From: an uncultured bacterium
GTDB lineage: Bacteria; Acidobacteriota; Thermoanaerobaculia; Multivoradales; JAHZIX01
Assembly (NCBI GenBank): GCA_965368975.1
Contig: CBDUPA010000004.1
Location: 256,001 to 320,000 of the forward strand
Direction: 5' to 3'
DNA length: 64,000 bases
The stretch's first letter is position 1; every line of letters begins with the position of its first letter. The notes below the pieces were generated by a model. The model did not search any database, was not told where the DNA came from, and worked only from the letters and a program-made list of their open reading frames with translations. Below are positions 18,382 to 29,158 of the stretch, piece by piece. The translations under genes were made by a program, and so were the position numbers.

Positions 18382-20166
18382 TCAGCCGCCAGCGCGCTCG
18401 TAGAGGGCGTCGATCTGCTCGGCGAAGTTCTTGGCGACGATCCGCCGCTTGACCTTCATGGTCGGTGTCAGTTCGCCACTCTCGATCGTCCACTCCCCGG
18501 GCAGTAGATCCCACGCTTTCACCTGTTCGTAGCGCGCCAGCTGGTCGTTGACCGCCTCGACTTCGTGACGGAAGAGCTTCTGTACTTCACCGTGGGTGAT
18601 GAGCTCTTGGTGCGACGTCGCCTGCACGCCCTGCTTGACAGCCCAGGGTTCGAGCGCTTCGAAGTCGGGCACGATGAGAGCGGAGAGGAACTTGCGCTTG
18701 TCGCCGATCACCATGACTTGGTTGATGAAGGTGCTGGCCTTGAGCGCGTTCTCAATCGGTGCCGGCGCCACGTTCTTGCCGTAGGCGTTGACGATGATTT
18801 CCTTCTTGCGGTCGGTGATGGTCAAGATGCCCTGTTCGTCGATCTCACCGATATCGCCGGTGTGGAACCACCCGTCGTCGTCGATCGCCTCGGCGGTGGC
18901 CTCGGGCAGGTTGTGGTAGCCCTGCATGATGTTCGGGCCCTTGGCCAAGATCTCGCCGTCCTCCGCGATGCGCAGCTCGACGCCCGGGATGGCGGCGCCG
19001 ACGCTGCCGAGTTTCAGGCGGCCCTGGCGGTTGACGCTCAGCACCGGCGACGTCTCAGACAGGCCGTAGCCCTCGTAGATGCGCACGCCGGCGCCCCAGA
19101 AGAATTCGGCGACCTCGCGCGCCAGCGGGGCGCCGCCGGAAATGGCGAACTGGAAGCGGCCACCCAGGCGTTCGCGGATCTTACTGAACACGAGCTTGTC
19201 GGCCAGAGCGAGCTTGAAGCCGAGCAGCCCCGGAGGAGCGGTGCCACGCAGTCGGTACTCGAGCGCCTGACGGCCGACGCCGACCGCCCAGTGGAAGATC
19301 TTCTGGCGCAGCGCCGGCGCCTGCGCGATGTTCTCGTGGATGCGCGCCAGCACTTTCTCGTAGACGCGCGGCACGGAGACGAAGACGTGTGGCTTCACCT
19401 CCTGCAGGTTTTGAGCTACCGCGTTGACGGACTCGGCGTAGGCGATGACACAGCCCTTGAGGAAGTAGATGTAGTCGACCGTGCGCTCGAAGGAGTGCGA
19501 CAGGGGCAGGAAGGACAGGCTGACGAAGTCGTCCTCGAACGCGATGACGTCCATCGAGTTGGTGACGTTGGAGGCGATGTTGGTGTGGCTGAGCCTGACG
19601 CCCTTCGGATTGCCGGTGGTACCACTGGTGTAGATGAAGGTCGCCAGGTCGTCGCCCGTGACGGCGCGCGCACGCGCCTCGAGGTCGGCCGCATCGTAGC
19701 CTTCACCAGCGGCCTGCAGTGCCGCCAGCGTTTGGATCTCGGCGTCGCCGCCCGTGTCGCCAATCAAGATCAGCTGCTCGACGTGCGGCATGTCGCCCTT
19801 CTCGGCGGCCAGACCGTGGTAGCGCTCGAGGTCCTGGGCAAAGACCAACTTGGCGCCGCTGTCGCGGGCGATGTAGGCGGCCTGGTCCGGTGTCAGGGTT
19901 GGGTAGATGGGGACCAGCACGGCGCCGATGCAGAGAGTGGCGAAGTCGATGGTCGGCCAGTGCGGACCGTTCTCCGCCATCAGGGCAACGCGGTCACCCT
20001 GCTCGATGCCGGCATCGAGCAAAGCCTTGCTCAGCCGCCGCACCCCGTCGGCGAACTCCTGGGTCGAGATCGACTGATAGGTGCCGTCGACCTTGTGCTG
20101 CAGCAGCACGGGGCGGTCGCGTTCGGCGACGACGAGGAACAGTTCGGCCAGAGTCTTGATCGGCAT
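18382..20166 (-). CDS. fadD: Long-chain fatty acid-CoA ligase
   Basis: IYTSGTTGNPKG, FLPLSHSFER, YEGYGLSET, WFHTGDIG, ITDRKKE. Start MPIKTL at 20166 after a GAGGGGAG SD. Confidence 0.93.
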   Translation of the reverse strand: MPIKTLAELFLVVAERDRPVLLQHKVDGTYQSISTQEFADGVRRLSKALLDAGIEQGDRVALMAENGPHWPTIDFATLCIGAVLVPIYPTLTPDQAAYIARDSGAKLVFAQDLERYHGLAAEKGDMPHVEQLILIGDTGGDAEIQTLAALQAAGEGYDAADLEARARAVTGDDLATFIYTSGTTGNPKGVRLSHTNIASNVTNSMDVIAFEDDFVSLSFLPLSHSFERTVDYIYFLKGCVIAYAESVNAVAQNLQEVKPHVFVSVPRVYEKVLARIHENIAQAPALRQKIFHWAVGVGRQALEYRLRGTAPPGLLGFKLALADKLVFSKIRERLGGRFQFAISGGAPLAREVAEFFWGAGVRIYEGYGLSETSPVLSVNRQGRLKLGSVGAAIPGVELRIAEDGEILAKGPNIMQGYHNLPEATAEAIDDDGWFHTGDIGEIDEQGILTITDRKKEIIVNAYGKNVAPAPIENALKASTFINQVMVIGDKRKFLSALIVPDFEALEPWAVKQGVQATSHQELITHGEVQKLFRHEVEAVNDQLARYEQVKAWDLLPGEWTIESGELTPTMKVKRRIVAKNFAEQIDALYERAGG

Positions 20167-20378
20167 CACTCGAGGTCTCCCCTCATTCATTGCGGCCCGG
20201 TCTCTCTGCGCCGCTCCCTGAAACGGCTCTGGGCCGCTGCAGTCGGGGCACAACTTGGGATCGGGCGCGGGTGCAGGTCGGAGACTGATTGTACTGCAAT
20301 CGGGGTGTTTGCCAACTCCTTCCACTCCGCTCAGGCGAGTGTCGGAATAGCTTGATGCATGGTTCGGCGGCGGGGGGC

Positions 20379-20407
20379 TTGACGAGGCTCGGGTGAAGGG
20401 GTATCCT
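20379..20407 (+). promoter_or_regulatory. Sigma70-type promoter for tRNA-Pro
   Basis: TTGACG (20379-20384), 17 bp spacer, TATCCT (20402-20407). Confidence 0.7.
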
Positions 20408-20455
20408 CCCGGCTCTCACGAAGAAGGACTTTGACGATGTCCTTCAGCCACTCAT

Positions 20456-20532
<77 letters not shown>

Positions 20533-20663
20533 TCCTTCCTTCTCGACATACCCGCGGAAACAGTCTAGAGGCTCAGAGCCAGAGGGAGACCACCTGTTCC
20601 CTCTTTCTTCCGAGGCAGTTTCTGCCGAGGCAGCTGCATGTGGCTGCCTTCTTGATCCGAGGA

Positions 20664-21188
20664 TCAGAGGAAATACAGCGTCTCGTCGACCTTCGGTGTC
20701 TTCCGTCGGTGCGCCAGCGCTCGCTTCTTCAGCTGGAACAGCTCACTCAGAGCGTCAGCATCGTCTTCTGGTGGCTCGCCCAATTCGGCTTCCAGCGCAT
20801 CCGGGTCGTCGCCGCGTTCCAGGCGCTGCATCATGTCTTGCATGCGGTCGCTCAGCTGCAAGCCCGAGAGTTCGCTGAAGCGACGCAGGAAGTGCCCCAT
20901 CTGCCGCGGATCTTCGGCAGTATCGCCGTCCTCTTCTTGCCCTTCCATCTCGTGCATCAGCTGCTCCATGGCGGCTTCCATGCGCGGATCTTCTAGCGCG
21001 TCGAGAGGATTCGGTGCACCAGCGTCATCCTTGCCGGCGTGCTCGAGCGTCGCGAAGCGCGAGGGTTTGCGCTCGAGTTCGGGGCGCTGACAGCGGGGGC
21101 AGCTCGGTCGCGTCTCGGTATCGACTCGGTTGGAGAAGAAGCTGTAGACGGTGTGGCAGTCGCGGCAGTAGAACTCGTAAATGGGCAT
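20664..21188 (-). CDS. FmdB-family zinc-ribbon protein with C-terminal helical extension
   Basis: MPIYEFYCRDC...CPRC...LERKPSRF. Confidence 0.88.
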   Translation of the reverse strand: MPIYEFYCRDCHTVYSFFSNRVDTETRPSCPRCQRPELERKPSRFATLEHAGKDDAGAPNPLDALEDPRMEAAMEQLMHEMEGQEEDGDTAEDPRQMGHFLRRFSELSGLQLSDRMQDMMQRLERGDDPDALEAELGEPPEDDADALSELFQLKKRALAHRRKTPKVDETLYFL

Positions 21189-21194
21189 CGGTGA

Positions 21195-22274
21195 TCAGGG
21201 CGAGGCCGCCTGGACCTGGCCTTGCAGAAAGGCCTCCAACTTGCGGCAGAAGGCCACGGGCTCTTCGGCGTGTGGCAGGAGTGCGCTGCCCTCGAAGACT
21301 TCTAGGTCGGCCTGCGGTAGGTGCTTGAGCCAACGGTCGGCGCGGTGGACCGCCGGGCTGCCGGCATGCCGGCCCCAGGCCAGCCACACGGGTAGGTCGA
21401 AGTCTTCCAGGACGCCCTTCAGTGGCAATTGGAGTGCGCCGGTCAGATAGGCACCGAGCACTGCCTGCGAGCCAGGCTCGTGGCTGGAACGGTAGTGGTG
21501 CTCGACCAGCGCCGCGTCCACCCGGTCGGGGGCGCCATAGACTTCCTGGCGCAGGTACGTGCGCAGTTGATTACGGCTGGTGAACAGGTTGAGTGCCGCT
21601 GTGCCGAGTATTGGCACGCGCAGCAGGGCGTAGAGCAGCACGTCCTTGAAGTCGCGTCCTCTCCCCGATCCCGAGCGTCCCAGGCCCTTGTGCCCCGTGC
21701 CTCTGGCGTCGAGGCCGCGCGGGCACACCAGTCCAAGGGCACGCACCAGACGAGGTGCTTCGGCCGCTGCGTGCAGGGCATAGGCGGCGCTCAAGCCCGA
21801 TGCGACGATGACGGTCGGCTCGGCCAGCACGTTGCGCACGAAGTCGAGCACCACATCTGCGTAGAAGGCTCCATCGAGACGTCCGCTGCTGTGTGGGTTC
21901 GCCTGCTGCTTCGCGGGGCGGCTCGACGGGCGTGGCGACCGGCCCCAGCCAGGCAGGTCGAGGGCGTAGACGCGGTGGTGGGCGGCCAGAATCTCGCTCG
22001 CCCGGCGCCACTCGTTGTTGTCGAAGCCGGGGCCGAACGAATGCAGCAGCAGCAAGGGTGGGCCTTCGCCGAGTTGTTGAAAGGTCAACTCACCGTGCGG
22101 TCCGGAGTAGCTGTGGGCTCGCCCCCAGGTGCTGGGTTCCAGGCGCCCGGCCTTGCGTTGCACCCAGGCATTGGCCAGCGCCGGCAGACCGACGGCGGCG
22201 GCTCCGATCAGCAAGCCGCGAGTCAAGCCCTTGCGTTGACGGCTGCGCTGGATCTGTTCCGGTGTTTGCGCCAT
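21195..22274 (-). CDS. Alpha/beta fold hydrolase
   Basis: GEGPPLLLLH, VYALDLPGWGRS, C-terminal LPHAEEP; nucleophile elbow atypical (ASGLS). Start MAQTP at 22274. Confidence 0.82.
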   Translation of the reverse strand: MAQTPEQIQRSRQRKGLTRGLLIGAAAVGLPALANAWVQRKAGRLEPSTWGRAHSYSGPHGELTFQQLGEGPPLLLLHSFGPGFDNNEWRRASEILAAHHRVYALDLPGWGRSPRPSSRPAKQQANPHSSGRLDGAFYADVVLDFVRNVLAEPTVIVASGLSAAYALHAAAEAPRLVRALGLVCPRGLDARGTGHKGLGRSGSGRGRDFKDVLLYALLRVPILGTAALNLFTSRNQLRTYLRQEVYGAPDRVDAALVEHHYRSSHEPGSQAVLGAYLTGALQLPLKGVLEDFDLPVWLAWGRHAGSPAVHRADRWLKHLPQADLEVFEGSALLPHAEEPVAFCRKLEAFLQGQVQAASP

Positions 22275-22382
22275 GACTCCTGCAAGATTATCACGCGTCG
22301 GCGGCCGTTCCCGAGTTCTGCGTGGCGGGGCCTGTACAATGGAACCGCGGGCGGTCCACGATGCCGTCCCCTGGAGACAATC

Positions 22383-22937
22383 ATGGCTGTAGTACCCATT
22401 GTCCGCCTCGGACACCCTCAGCTACGCACCCCCGCGGAGGCTCTGGAACCAGATCACCTGGCTACGCCCGAGGTGCAAGCGTTCATCGACGACATGATCG
22501 ACACCATGCGCGAGGCCGGTGGTGTCGGCCTGGCGGCTCCGCAAGTGGCGCGGGGTTGGCAGATTTTCATCTATGAACTGCCCTCGGAGGATCCCGAGGT
22601 CGAGATTCCACTCACCGTGGTGGTCAACCCGATGGTCGAGTCGGCGGTGCGCGAGCTGGAAGAAGACTGGGAAGGCTGCCTGTCGATCCCGGATCTTCGC
22701 GGCTTGGTGCCGCGGCATGCCGAAGTGCGCGTGCGTGCACTGGATCGCCACGGCGAACCGCTCGACTACGTCGCCTATGACTTCGAGGCTCGCGTGATTC
22801 AGCACGAATTCGACCACCTCAACGGCGTCATTTTTCTCGACCGCATGCGGGACTTCCGCTCGCTCGCCTTCATGGACGAGTGGCGCGAGTTTCTGGCAGC
22901 CGAGGACAGCGATGCCCTCGACGAAGCGGTCGAGTAG
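22383..22937 (+). CDS. def: Peptide deformylase
   Basis: GVGLAAPQ, EGCLS, QHEFDHLNG; ATG at 22383 after GGAG. Confidence 0.96.
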   Translation: MAVVPIVRLGHPQLRTPAEALEPDHLATPEVQAFIDDMIDTMREAGGVGLAAPQVARGWQIFIYELPSEDPEVEIPLTVVVNPMVESAVRELEEDWEGCLSIPDLRGLVPRHAEVRVRALDRHGEPLDYVAYDFEARVIQHEFDHLNGVIFLDRMRDFRSLAFMDEWREFLAAEDSDALDEAVE

Positions 22938-22967
22938 AGGCGTCGAGCGAGGCCGGCGAGTCGAAGT

Positions 22968-23444
22968 TTGAGTCGCGAATACCGGATCCTCTGGGCGGGC
23001 CGTCACCAGCGCGACGCTTGGGAAACGCTGTGCGCCGACTACCGCAAGCGCTTGCGTCGCTGGGTGAGCGTCGAGGACCAGCCGGTCAAGGTGCGGGCCC
23101 GCGGCGATGATGCGTCGCGCCAGCGGGCCGAGGGCGCGGCACTGCTGGCGGCGACGCCGCAACCTGCTTGGGGTATTGCTCTCGACGCGCGCGGCGAGTC
23201 CATGAGTTCGGTCCAGTTGGCCCGCCACTTGCGTCGCCTGAAGCGGGAATGGCCCCACCCCCTGGTGTTCTATCTGGGGTCTGATCTGGGTCTCGATGAG
23301 GCGGTCTTGGAGGGCAGCCGGCAGGTCCTTTCTTTCGGTCCGATGACCTTGCGGCACGAGCTGGCGCGCCTCGTTCTGTACGAACAGTTGTACCGAGCGC
23401 TTTCCATCGACGCGGGAATCAAATACCATCGCGGCCAATCTTGA
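22968..23444 (+). CDS. rlmH: 23S rRNA pseudouridine-1915 N3-methyltransferase
   Basis: IALDARGESMSS, FYLGSDLG, LSFGPMTLRHELARLVLYEQLYRA, KYHR; TTG start. Confidence 0.92.
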   Translation: MSREYRILWAGRHQRDAWETLCADYRKRLRRWVSVEDQPVKVRARGDDASRQRAEGAALLAATPQPAWGIALDARGESMSSVQLARHLRRLKREWPHPLVFYLGSDLGLDEAVLEGSRQVLSFGPMTLRHELARLVLYEQLYRALSIDAGIKYHRGQS

Positions 23445-23507
23445 TGCGCCCGCCCGCCCCCGCGTGACTCATCGGGCGCTCCACGAGACACCAGAAAGGA
23501 GCCTTCC

Positions 23508-23906
23508 ATGGCCGACTTGCCCTATCCCCAGGCCAACAAGGAGCTGACCCAGGCCGAAGTCAGCAGCCTCTACCAGGTGCTGCAAGAGCGCCGGGCGAGC
23601 ATCATGGACCAGTATCGCCAGGACGTTCGGGCCGGCCAAGATAGCCTCGAGGAAGGTACCGAGGATCTGGTAGACAAGGCGAACATGGCCTATAACCGCG
23701 AGCTTCTCTTTTCCCTTTCCGACAACGAGCGAGAGCAGTTGCAATTGGTCGACGATGCGTTGGACCGCCTGGAGAAAGGGGATTACGGGCTCTGCCAGCA
23801 TTCCGACGAGCCGATCCCGACGCGCCGGCTGGAAGCCGTGCCGTGGGCGCGCTACCGGGCCGAGTTCCAGGAGTTGGCGGAAAAAGGCTTGCTGAAGGAC
23901 GACTGA
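23508..23906 (+). CDS. DksA/TraR-family RNA polymerase-binding protein with degenerate zinc finger
   Basis: Coiled-coil tip DLVDKA; ALDRLEKGDYGLCQHSDEPIPTRRLEAVPWARYRAEFQ; AGGAG SD. Confidence 0.88.
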   Translation: MADLPYPQANKELTQAEVSSLYQVLQERRASIMDQYRQDVRAGQDSLEEGTEDLVDKANMAYNRELLFSLSDNEREQLQLVDDALDRLEKGDYGLCQHSDEPIPTRRLEAVPWARYRAEFQELAEKGLLKDD

Positions 23907-23933
23907 GCCGTCCTTCCGGCATAGCACCATCCC

Positions 23934-25382
23934 GTGGCCGACGCCGCAGCACCGCTGATCCGCACGCTCTCCAAGGAGAGCTTGCAGCCGGTGTACCTGG
24001 TACATGGCGACCTGGTACTGGCCCGGCCTGCGGCCCAACGTCTGGCAAACGCGGTCGCGCAGCTCGTCGCGGCAGACGCGGGGCAAGTCGAGGAGCATCG
24101 ACGGCCGGCACGCCTCGGCTCCCTGCTCGCCGACCTGCGCACGTACTCGCTCTTCGGTGGTGCGAAGGTGCTGCTGGTGGTCGGCAGTGCCGCCTTGGCG
24201 GACAAAGCCGGTGCCGCGCTGCTGATCGATGAAGCGGCCGAGGTCTTGCCTCTGGCGGATGTGGACGGTGATCGCGAGCTGAACAGCCGGGAGCGCCTGG
24301 CGGCGTCACGCCTGGTGCAGGCACTGCACCTGTTCGACCTCGATCCGCAAGCCCACGACGCTCCTACCCTACTTGCCGAGCTGCCGGACTGGGCCCTGCA
24401 GGGGGCCAAGAGCGGTAAGGGCGGCAAGAAGAAGGGGCGCACCAAGAAGCAGATCGGTGCGCTGCGGGAAGATCTTGCCGCTTTGCTCGAAGCTGCACGC
24501 CGAGCCGACCTCACGGGCTTTGCCGAGGGCGAGGTCGCCGAACTGGCGGACATCGTGCGCCAGGGACTGCCCGAGGGCCATTGCCTGGTGCTGGCCGAAG
24601 CCACCGCCGCCAAGGACCACCCGGTGGTCCAGTTGCTGCGCGAGCGCAAGGCGGTGATTGAGGTCGGGGAAGTTGCGAGTGGCAAACAGGGCTGGAGCGG
24701 TCTCGATCCGATCGCCGAAGAGCTGGGTCGTGAGACGGGTGTCGCCATCGCCCGCGACGCGCTACAGGAGCTGGCGCGGCGTACCCTGCGCGAAACTGGG
24801 TGGGGCTCCAACAAGACCATCGAGGCCGACTCCACGGCCCGTCTCGCTGGTGAATACCGTAAGCTCGCCAGTCTGGTCCCCGGCGGGCGTATCGACCGTG
24901 CCTTGGTCGAGGCCAACGTGCTCGACCGCGGTCAAGAGGACAGCTGGGAGATCCTCGACGCCATCGGTGCTGGTCGCGCTCAGGATGCCGTCGTGCGCCT
25001 GCGCCGCATGCTGCACAGCGCTCAGGACCCGATGGCGGCCCGTCTATCCTTCTTCGCCCTGCTGTGCGGCTTCTGCCGCCACCTGACTGCTGTGCGCGGC
25101 ATGATGCGCCTCAAGCGAGTGAGCGCCGGGGAGCGCAACTACAACCGCTTCAAGACCCAAGTCGCGCCGCAGCTGCAAGCCGCGCTTCCGGCCGGGGACA
25201 ATCCGATCACTCGCTTGCACCCCTTCCGACTGCACAAGGCCTACTTGGCGGCCTGCCGCCTGCCCGAACCGCTGGTCGCCGAGTTGCCCTGGCAGGTGTT
25301 GCAGACCGAGTTGCTGCTCAAGGGTGAGAGCACCGATGCCGACGGTGCGCTAGCGTCCCTGGTGACACGCCTGGCGGCCTGA
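23934..25382 (+). CDS. DNA polymerase III delta subunit (HolA)-like protein, unusually long
   Basis: PVYLVHGD, LRTYSLFGGAKVLLV, IARDALQEL, EYRKL, WEILDAI, HPFRL and TELLLKG match HolA architecture. Confidence 0.65.
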   Translation: MADAAAPLIRTLSKESLQPVYLVHGDLVLARPAAQRLANAVAQLVAADAGQVEEHRRPARLGSLLADLRTYSLFGGAKVLLVVGSAALADKAGAALLIDEAAEVLPLADVDGDRELNSRERLAASRLVQALHLFDLDPQAHDAPTLLAELPDWALQGAKSGKGGKKKGRTKKQIGALREDLAALLEAARRADLTGFAEGEVAELADIVRQGLPEGHCLVLAEATAAKDHPVVQLLRERKAVIEVGEVASGKQGWSGLDPIAEELGRETGVAIARDALQELARRTLRETGWGSNKTIEADSTARLAGEYRKLASLVPGGRIDRALVEANVLDRGQEDSWEILDAIGAGRAQDAVVRLRRMLHSAQDPMAARLSFFALLCGFCRHLTAVRGMMRLKRVSAGERNYNRFKTQVAPQLQAALPAGDNPITRLHPFRLHKAYLAACRLPEPLVAELPWQVLQTELLLKGESTDADGALASLVTRLAA

Positions 25383-25503
25383 TCGTTTCCAGGGCTGTGC
25401 GCCCAACCCAGATTCCCGAAGCTGCTCTGCGTTCCCATTGGGTTGACGCTGCAGCGCACGCCGTCCTACGACCATCCACGCTACGTGAGAGGAGTCCTGG
25501 TCC

Positions 25504-27954
25504 ATGCCCACATCCCTTCCCAAAATCCGCAAAGCCGCTGTGCTCGGTTCTGGCGTCATGGGCTCCGGCATCGCCGCCCATCTGGCCAACGCCGGCATTT
25601 CAGTGCTGATGCTCGACATCCTGCCGCGCGATCTGGACCCCAATGTTCAGGATCCCAGTGTCGGGGACAAGAGGCAGCGCAACGCCATCGCGCTGGGTGC
25701 GCTCAAGGGCCTGGCCAAGTCCAAGCCGCCGCTACTCTACAGCCAGCGCGGTGCGCAGCTGATCGAGGCCGGCAACCTGGAAGACGACTTCGACCGTCTC
25801 GCCGAGTGTGACTGGATCGTCGAGGTAGTGGTCGAGCGGCTCGATATCAAGCAGGCGCTGTTCGAGCGGCTGGACAAGGTGCGCCGGGCGGACGCGATCG
25901 TCTCGTCCAACACGTCCGGGTTGTCGGTCGAAGCGATGAGTGCGGGGCGCTCCGAGGGTTTCCGCCAGCACTTCCTGGTCACCCACTTCTTCAACCCGGT
26001 GCGCTACATGCGCTTGCTCGAACTGGTGCCGGGCGAAGACACGCTGCCCGAGGTGCTCGACGCGATGGCCGACTTCGGCCGCTTCCGCCTCGGCAAGGGC
26101 ATCGTCTACGGCAAGGATACGCCGAACTTCGTCGCCAACCGCCTGGGCATCTACGGCACCGCCGCGGCCTTCCGGACGATGATCGACCTCGACGTGCAGG
26201 CCGACGAACTCGACGCCATCGCCGGCCAGCCGATGGCGCGACCGAAGAGTGCCTTCCTGGACACCACCGACGTCGTTGGCCTCGACACCATGCTGCACGT
26301 CATGCGCACCTCGCGCGAGGCGGTGCAGGCGGCGGTCGACGTGGGCGAGCCCTTGGCGGGCGAAGAGATGTCTCTGTACGAGGTACCGACTTTCGTCCAG
26401 GCGATGGCCGATGCTGGAGCGCTGGGCCGAAAAAGCGGCGCCGGCTTCTACCGCCTGGACCGCTCCGGCGGCCAGAAGACCAAGTTGGTGCTCGACTGGA
26501 AGAGCGGTGACTACCGGCCGGTCGTGAAGCCCGACTGGCCGTCGCTGAAGGCGTCCAAGAAGCTGCACGACCCAGCCGAGCGCCTGAGAGCGACGGTGGA
26601 AGCGGAGGACCGAGGCGGCGAGATCGCCTGGCGGCTGCTGCGCGACACGCTGGTCTACAGCTCGTACCGCCTGGGTGAGATCGCCGACACGATCGCCGAC
26701 ATCGACCGCGGCATGCGCTGGGGCTACAGTTGGGACCTCGGTCCCTTCGAGGCCTGGGATGCGGTGGGCGTCGCGACCGCAGTCGAGCGCATGCGCGGTG
26801 AGGGCGTCGAACCGGCGGCCTGGGTCGTCGAGATGCTCGACGCCGGACATGCCAGCTTCTACCGCCAGAGTGAGAGTGGTGGCCGCGAGTATTACGACCC
26901 GCGCGACGGCGTCTACCACGCCGAGGCACGACCGGACACCTTCCTCGCGTTGTTGCAGTGCAAGCGCCACGACGGTGCCGTCGTCTGGCACAACGGCGGT
27001 GCCTCGCTCGTCGACCTGGGCGATGGCGTGGCGTGCCTCGAGTTCCACTCGCGCCACCAGCCGCGCCTCAACCCGATCGACGATGAGATCGTCGAAGGGC
27101 TGCTGCGGGCTCCGGCCATCGCTGACCAGGACTTCGATGCTCTGGTTCTGCACCACGAGGCCGAGAACTTCTGCGTCGGTGCCAACCTCTTCGCCGTCCT
27201 GCAACTGGCGCGCGAGGGAAAGTGGCAGGAGCTGGAGAAGGCGATCGCCACCTTCCAGCAGGCCACCGTCGGGCTACGGCGGGCACCAGTGCCGGTGGTC
27301 GTGGCGCCCTTCGGGCAGACTTTCGGTGGTGGTGCCGAGATCACGCTCGGTGGCGACCTGGTGTGCGCCCACGCGGAGACCTACATGGGCCTGGTCGAGA
27401 TTGGCGTCGGCGTGGTGCCCGGTGGCGGCGGTCACCTCTTCCTGCTCGACCGCCTGCTCGACGAGCACACCGACCCGATCTCCGAGAACCTGCATCCGCT
27501 ACGCCGTGCCTTCGAGCTGATCGCCAAGGCGACCGTCGCTGCTTCTGGCGTGGAAGCGCGCGAACTCGGTTTCCTGCGGCGCGGCGATCACGTCGAACTC
27601 AACCGCGACCGTCAACTCTGGACCGCCAAGCGCATGGCGCGCACCGCCGCCGACCTCGGCTACCGTCCACCGCTGCCGCGCACCTTCCAGCTGCCGGGCA
27701 AGAAGGGGGCCGCAACCCTGCGCATGATGCTGCACAACATGCGCATCACGGGCTGGATCAGCGAGTACGACGAACACATCGCCGGTCGCATCGCCGGCAT
27801 CCTGTGCGGCGGCGACACCACCATCGCCCACCCGGTCAGCGAGCAGCAGATCCTCGACCTGGAACGCGAAGTCTTCCTTTCGCTGTGCGGCGAAGAGCGC
27901 ACCCAGGCGCGCATGGAACACATGCTGAAGACCGGCAAGCCACTCCGTAATTAG
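25504..27954 (+). CDS. fadN: 3-hydroxyacyl-CoA dehydrogenase / enoyl-CoA hydratase, FadN type
   Basis: [54 protein letters not shown]-terminal TGKPLRN. Confidence 0.92.
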   Translation: MPTSLPKIRKAAVLGSGVMGSGIAAHLANAGISVLMLDILPRDLDPNVQDPSVGDKRQRNAIALGALKGLAKSKPPLLYSQRGAQLIEAGNLEDDFDRLAECDWIVEVVVERLDIKQALFERLDKVRRADAIVSSNTSGLSVEAMSAGRSEGFRQHFLVTHFFNPVRYMRLLELVPGEDTLPEVLDAMADFGRFRLGKGIVYGKDTPNFVANRLGIYGTAAAFRTMIDLDVQADELDAIAGQPMARPKSAFLDTTDVVGLDTMLHVMRTSREAVQAAVDVGEPLAGEEMSLYEVPTFVQAMADAGALGRKSGAGFYRLDRSGGQKTKLVLDWKSGDYRPVVKPDWPSLKASKKLHDPAERLRATVEAEDRGGEIAWRLLRDTLVYSSYRLGEIADTIADIDRGMRWGYSWDLGPFEAWDAVGVATAVERMRGEGVEPAAWVVEMLDAGHASFYRQSESGGREYYDPRDGVYHAEARPDTFLALLQCKRHDGAVVWHNGGASLVDLGDGVACLEFHSRHQPRLNPIDDEIVEGLLRAPAIADQDFDALVLHHEAENFCVGANLFAVLQLAREGKWQELEKAIATFQQATVGLRRAPVPVVVAPFGQTFGGGAEITLGGDLVCAHAETYMGLVEIGVGVVPGGGGHLFLLDRLLDEHTDPISENLHPLRRAFELIAKATVAASGVEARELGFLRRGDHVELNRDRQLWTAKRMARTAADLGYRPPLPRTFQLPGKKGAATLRMMLHNMRITGWISEYDEHIAGRIAGILCGGDTTIAHPVSEQQILDLEREVFLSLCGEERTQARMEHMLKTGKPLRN

Positions 27955-27980
27955 TGCGAGCGGAACCAAGGAGAAACACC

Positions 27981-29144
27981 ATGAGAGAAGCTGTCATCGT
28001 CTCCTGTGCCCGCACCGCGGTGGGCAAGGCCAAGAAGGGTAGTTTGAAGGACACCACTCCGGTGGCCATGGGAGCTGCCGTCCTCAAAGCGCTGCTCGAG
28101 CGCACACCCGGACTCGATCCCGCACGCGTCGACGACGTCAACCTCGGTTGCGCGACGCCGGAAGGTGAGCAGGGTATGAATCTGGCGCGGCTGGCCGCGC
28201 TCGACGCTGGCTTACCGGTCGATGTCGCGGCGACGACCAGCAATCGCTTCTGCTCGTCGGGCTCACAGACCATCGCCTGGGCTGCCGACAGCATCCGTAG
28301 TGGCAATGCTGATGTCGTCTTCGCCGGTGGCGTCGAGTCGATGTCGATGCTGCCGATGGGTGGTTACACCATGATTGCCGATCCGGACCTGATGGACGGT
28401 ATGCCCGCTGCCTACGATGCCATGGGTGCGACTGCCGAGGCGGTGGCGCGGCGCTACGACGTTTCGCGTGAAGACCAGGACGCGTTCGCCCTGCGCTCGC
28501 ACCAGCGTGCGGTGGCGGCGATCGAGAGCGGGTCCTTCCGCGACGAGATCGTGCCGCTGCCGGTGCGCACCCTCAACGGTGGGGGCTGGAAGGAGCACGT
28601 CTTCGACACGGACGAGGGACCACGCGGGGACACCTCACTGGAGGTGCTGGCCAAGCTGCGTCCGGCCTTCTCGCCGCGCGGCACGGTAACCGCGGGCAAC
28701 GCGTCGCAGATGAGCGACGGTGCCGCTGCTGTCGCCATCATGGGGGATGATGTGGCGCGCGAGCTGAGGCTCGAACCGCTGGCCACGGTACGTCACTGGG
28801 CGGTGGCGGGCGTCGATCCGGAGGTCATGGGTATTGGCCCGATCAAGGCGGTGCCCAAGCTGCTGCAGCGTGCCGGCCTGAGCCTGGATGACATCGACCT
28901 GATCGAACTCAACGAGGCGTTCGCCAGCCAGTCGCTCGCCTGCATGCGCGAGTTGGGGCTCGATGCGGAGATGGTGAACGTCAACGGTGGCGCCATCTCG
29001 TGCGGCCATCCACTGGGCGCCACCGGGGCCATCCTGACCTGCAAGCTGCTCGGCGAACTACGCCGCCGCGACGCACGGCGCGGTATCGTCACCATGTGCG
29101 TCGGCGGCGGAATGGGTTTCGCCTATCTGCTGGAACGGCCTTAG
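27981..29144 (+). CDS. fadA: Acetyl-CoA acyltransferase (thiolase)
   Basis: [49 protein letters not shown]; AAGGAG SD. Confidence 0.95.
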   Translation: MREAVIVSCARTAVGKAKKGSLKDTTPVAMGAAVLKALLERTPGLDPARVDDVNLGCATPEGEQGMNLARLAALDAGLPVDVAATTSNRFCSSGSQTIAWAADSIRSGNADVVFAGGVESMSMLPMGGYTMIADPDLMDGMPAAYDAMGATAEAVARRYDVSREDQDAFALRSHQRAVAAIESGSFRDEIVPLPVRTLNGGGWKEHVFDTDEGPRGDTSLEVLAKLRPAFSPRGTVTAGNASQMSDGAAAVAIMGDDVARELRLEPLATVRHWAVAGVDPEVMGIGPIKAVPKLLQRAGLSLDDIDLIELNEAFASQSLACMRELGLDAEMVNVNGGAISCGHPLGATGAILTCKLLGELRRRDARRGIVTMCVGGGMGFAYLLERP

Positions 29145-29158
29145 GGCGGCGGCGGCCT

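Noticed and set aside
18565-20355. 596-aa plus-strand ORF (and similar long antisense ORFs such as 25732..27204, 48230..49738, 56257..58608, 59360..60694)
   Set aside because: Each lies opposite a well-supported gene; long stop-free antisense frames are expected at this GC content.
21429-22382. Apparent long N-terminal extension of peptide deformylase
   Set aside because: Overlaps the minus-strand hydrolase; a good SD and ATG exist at 22383.
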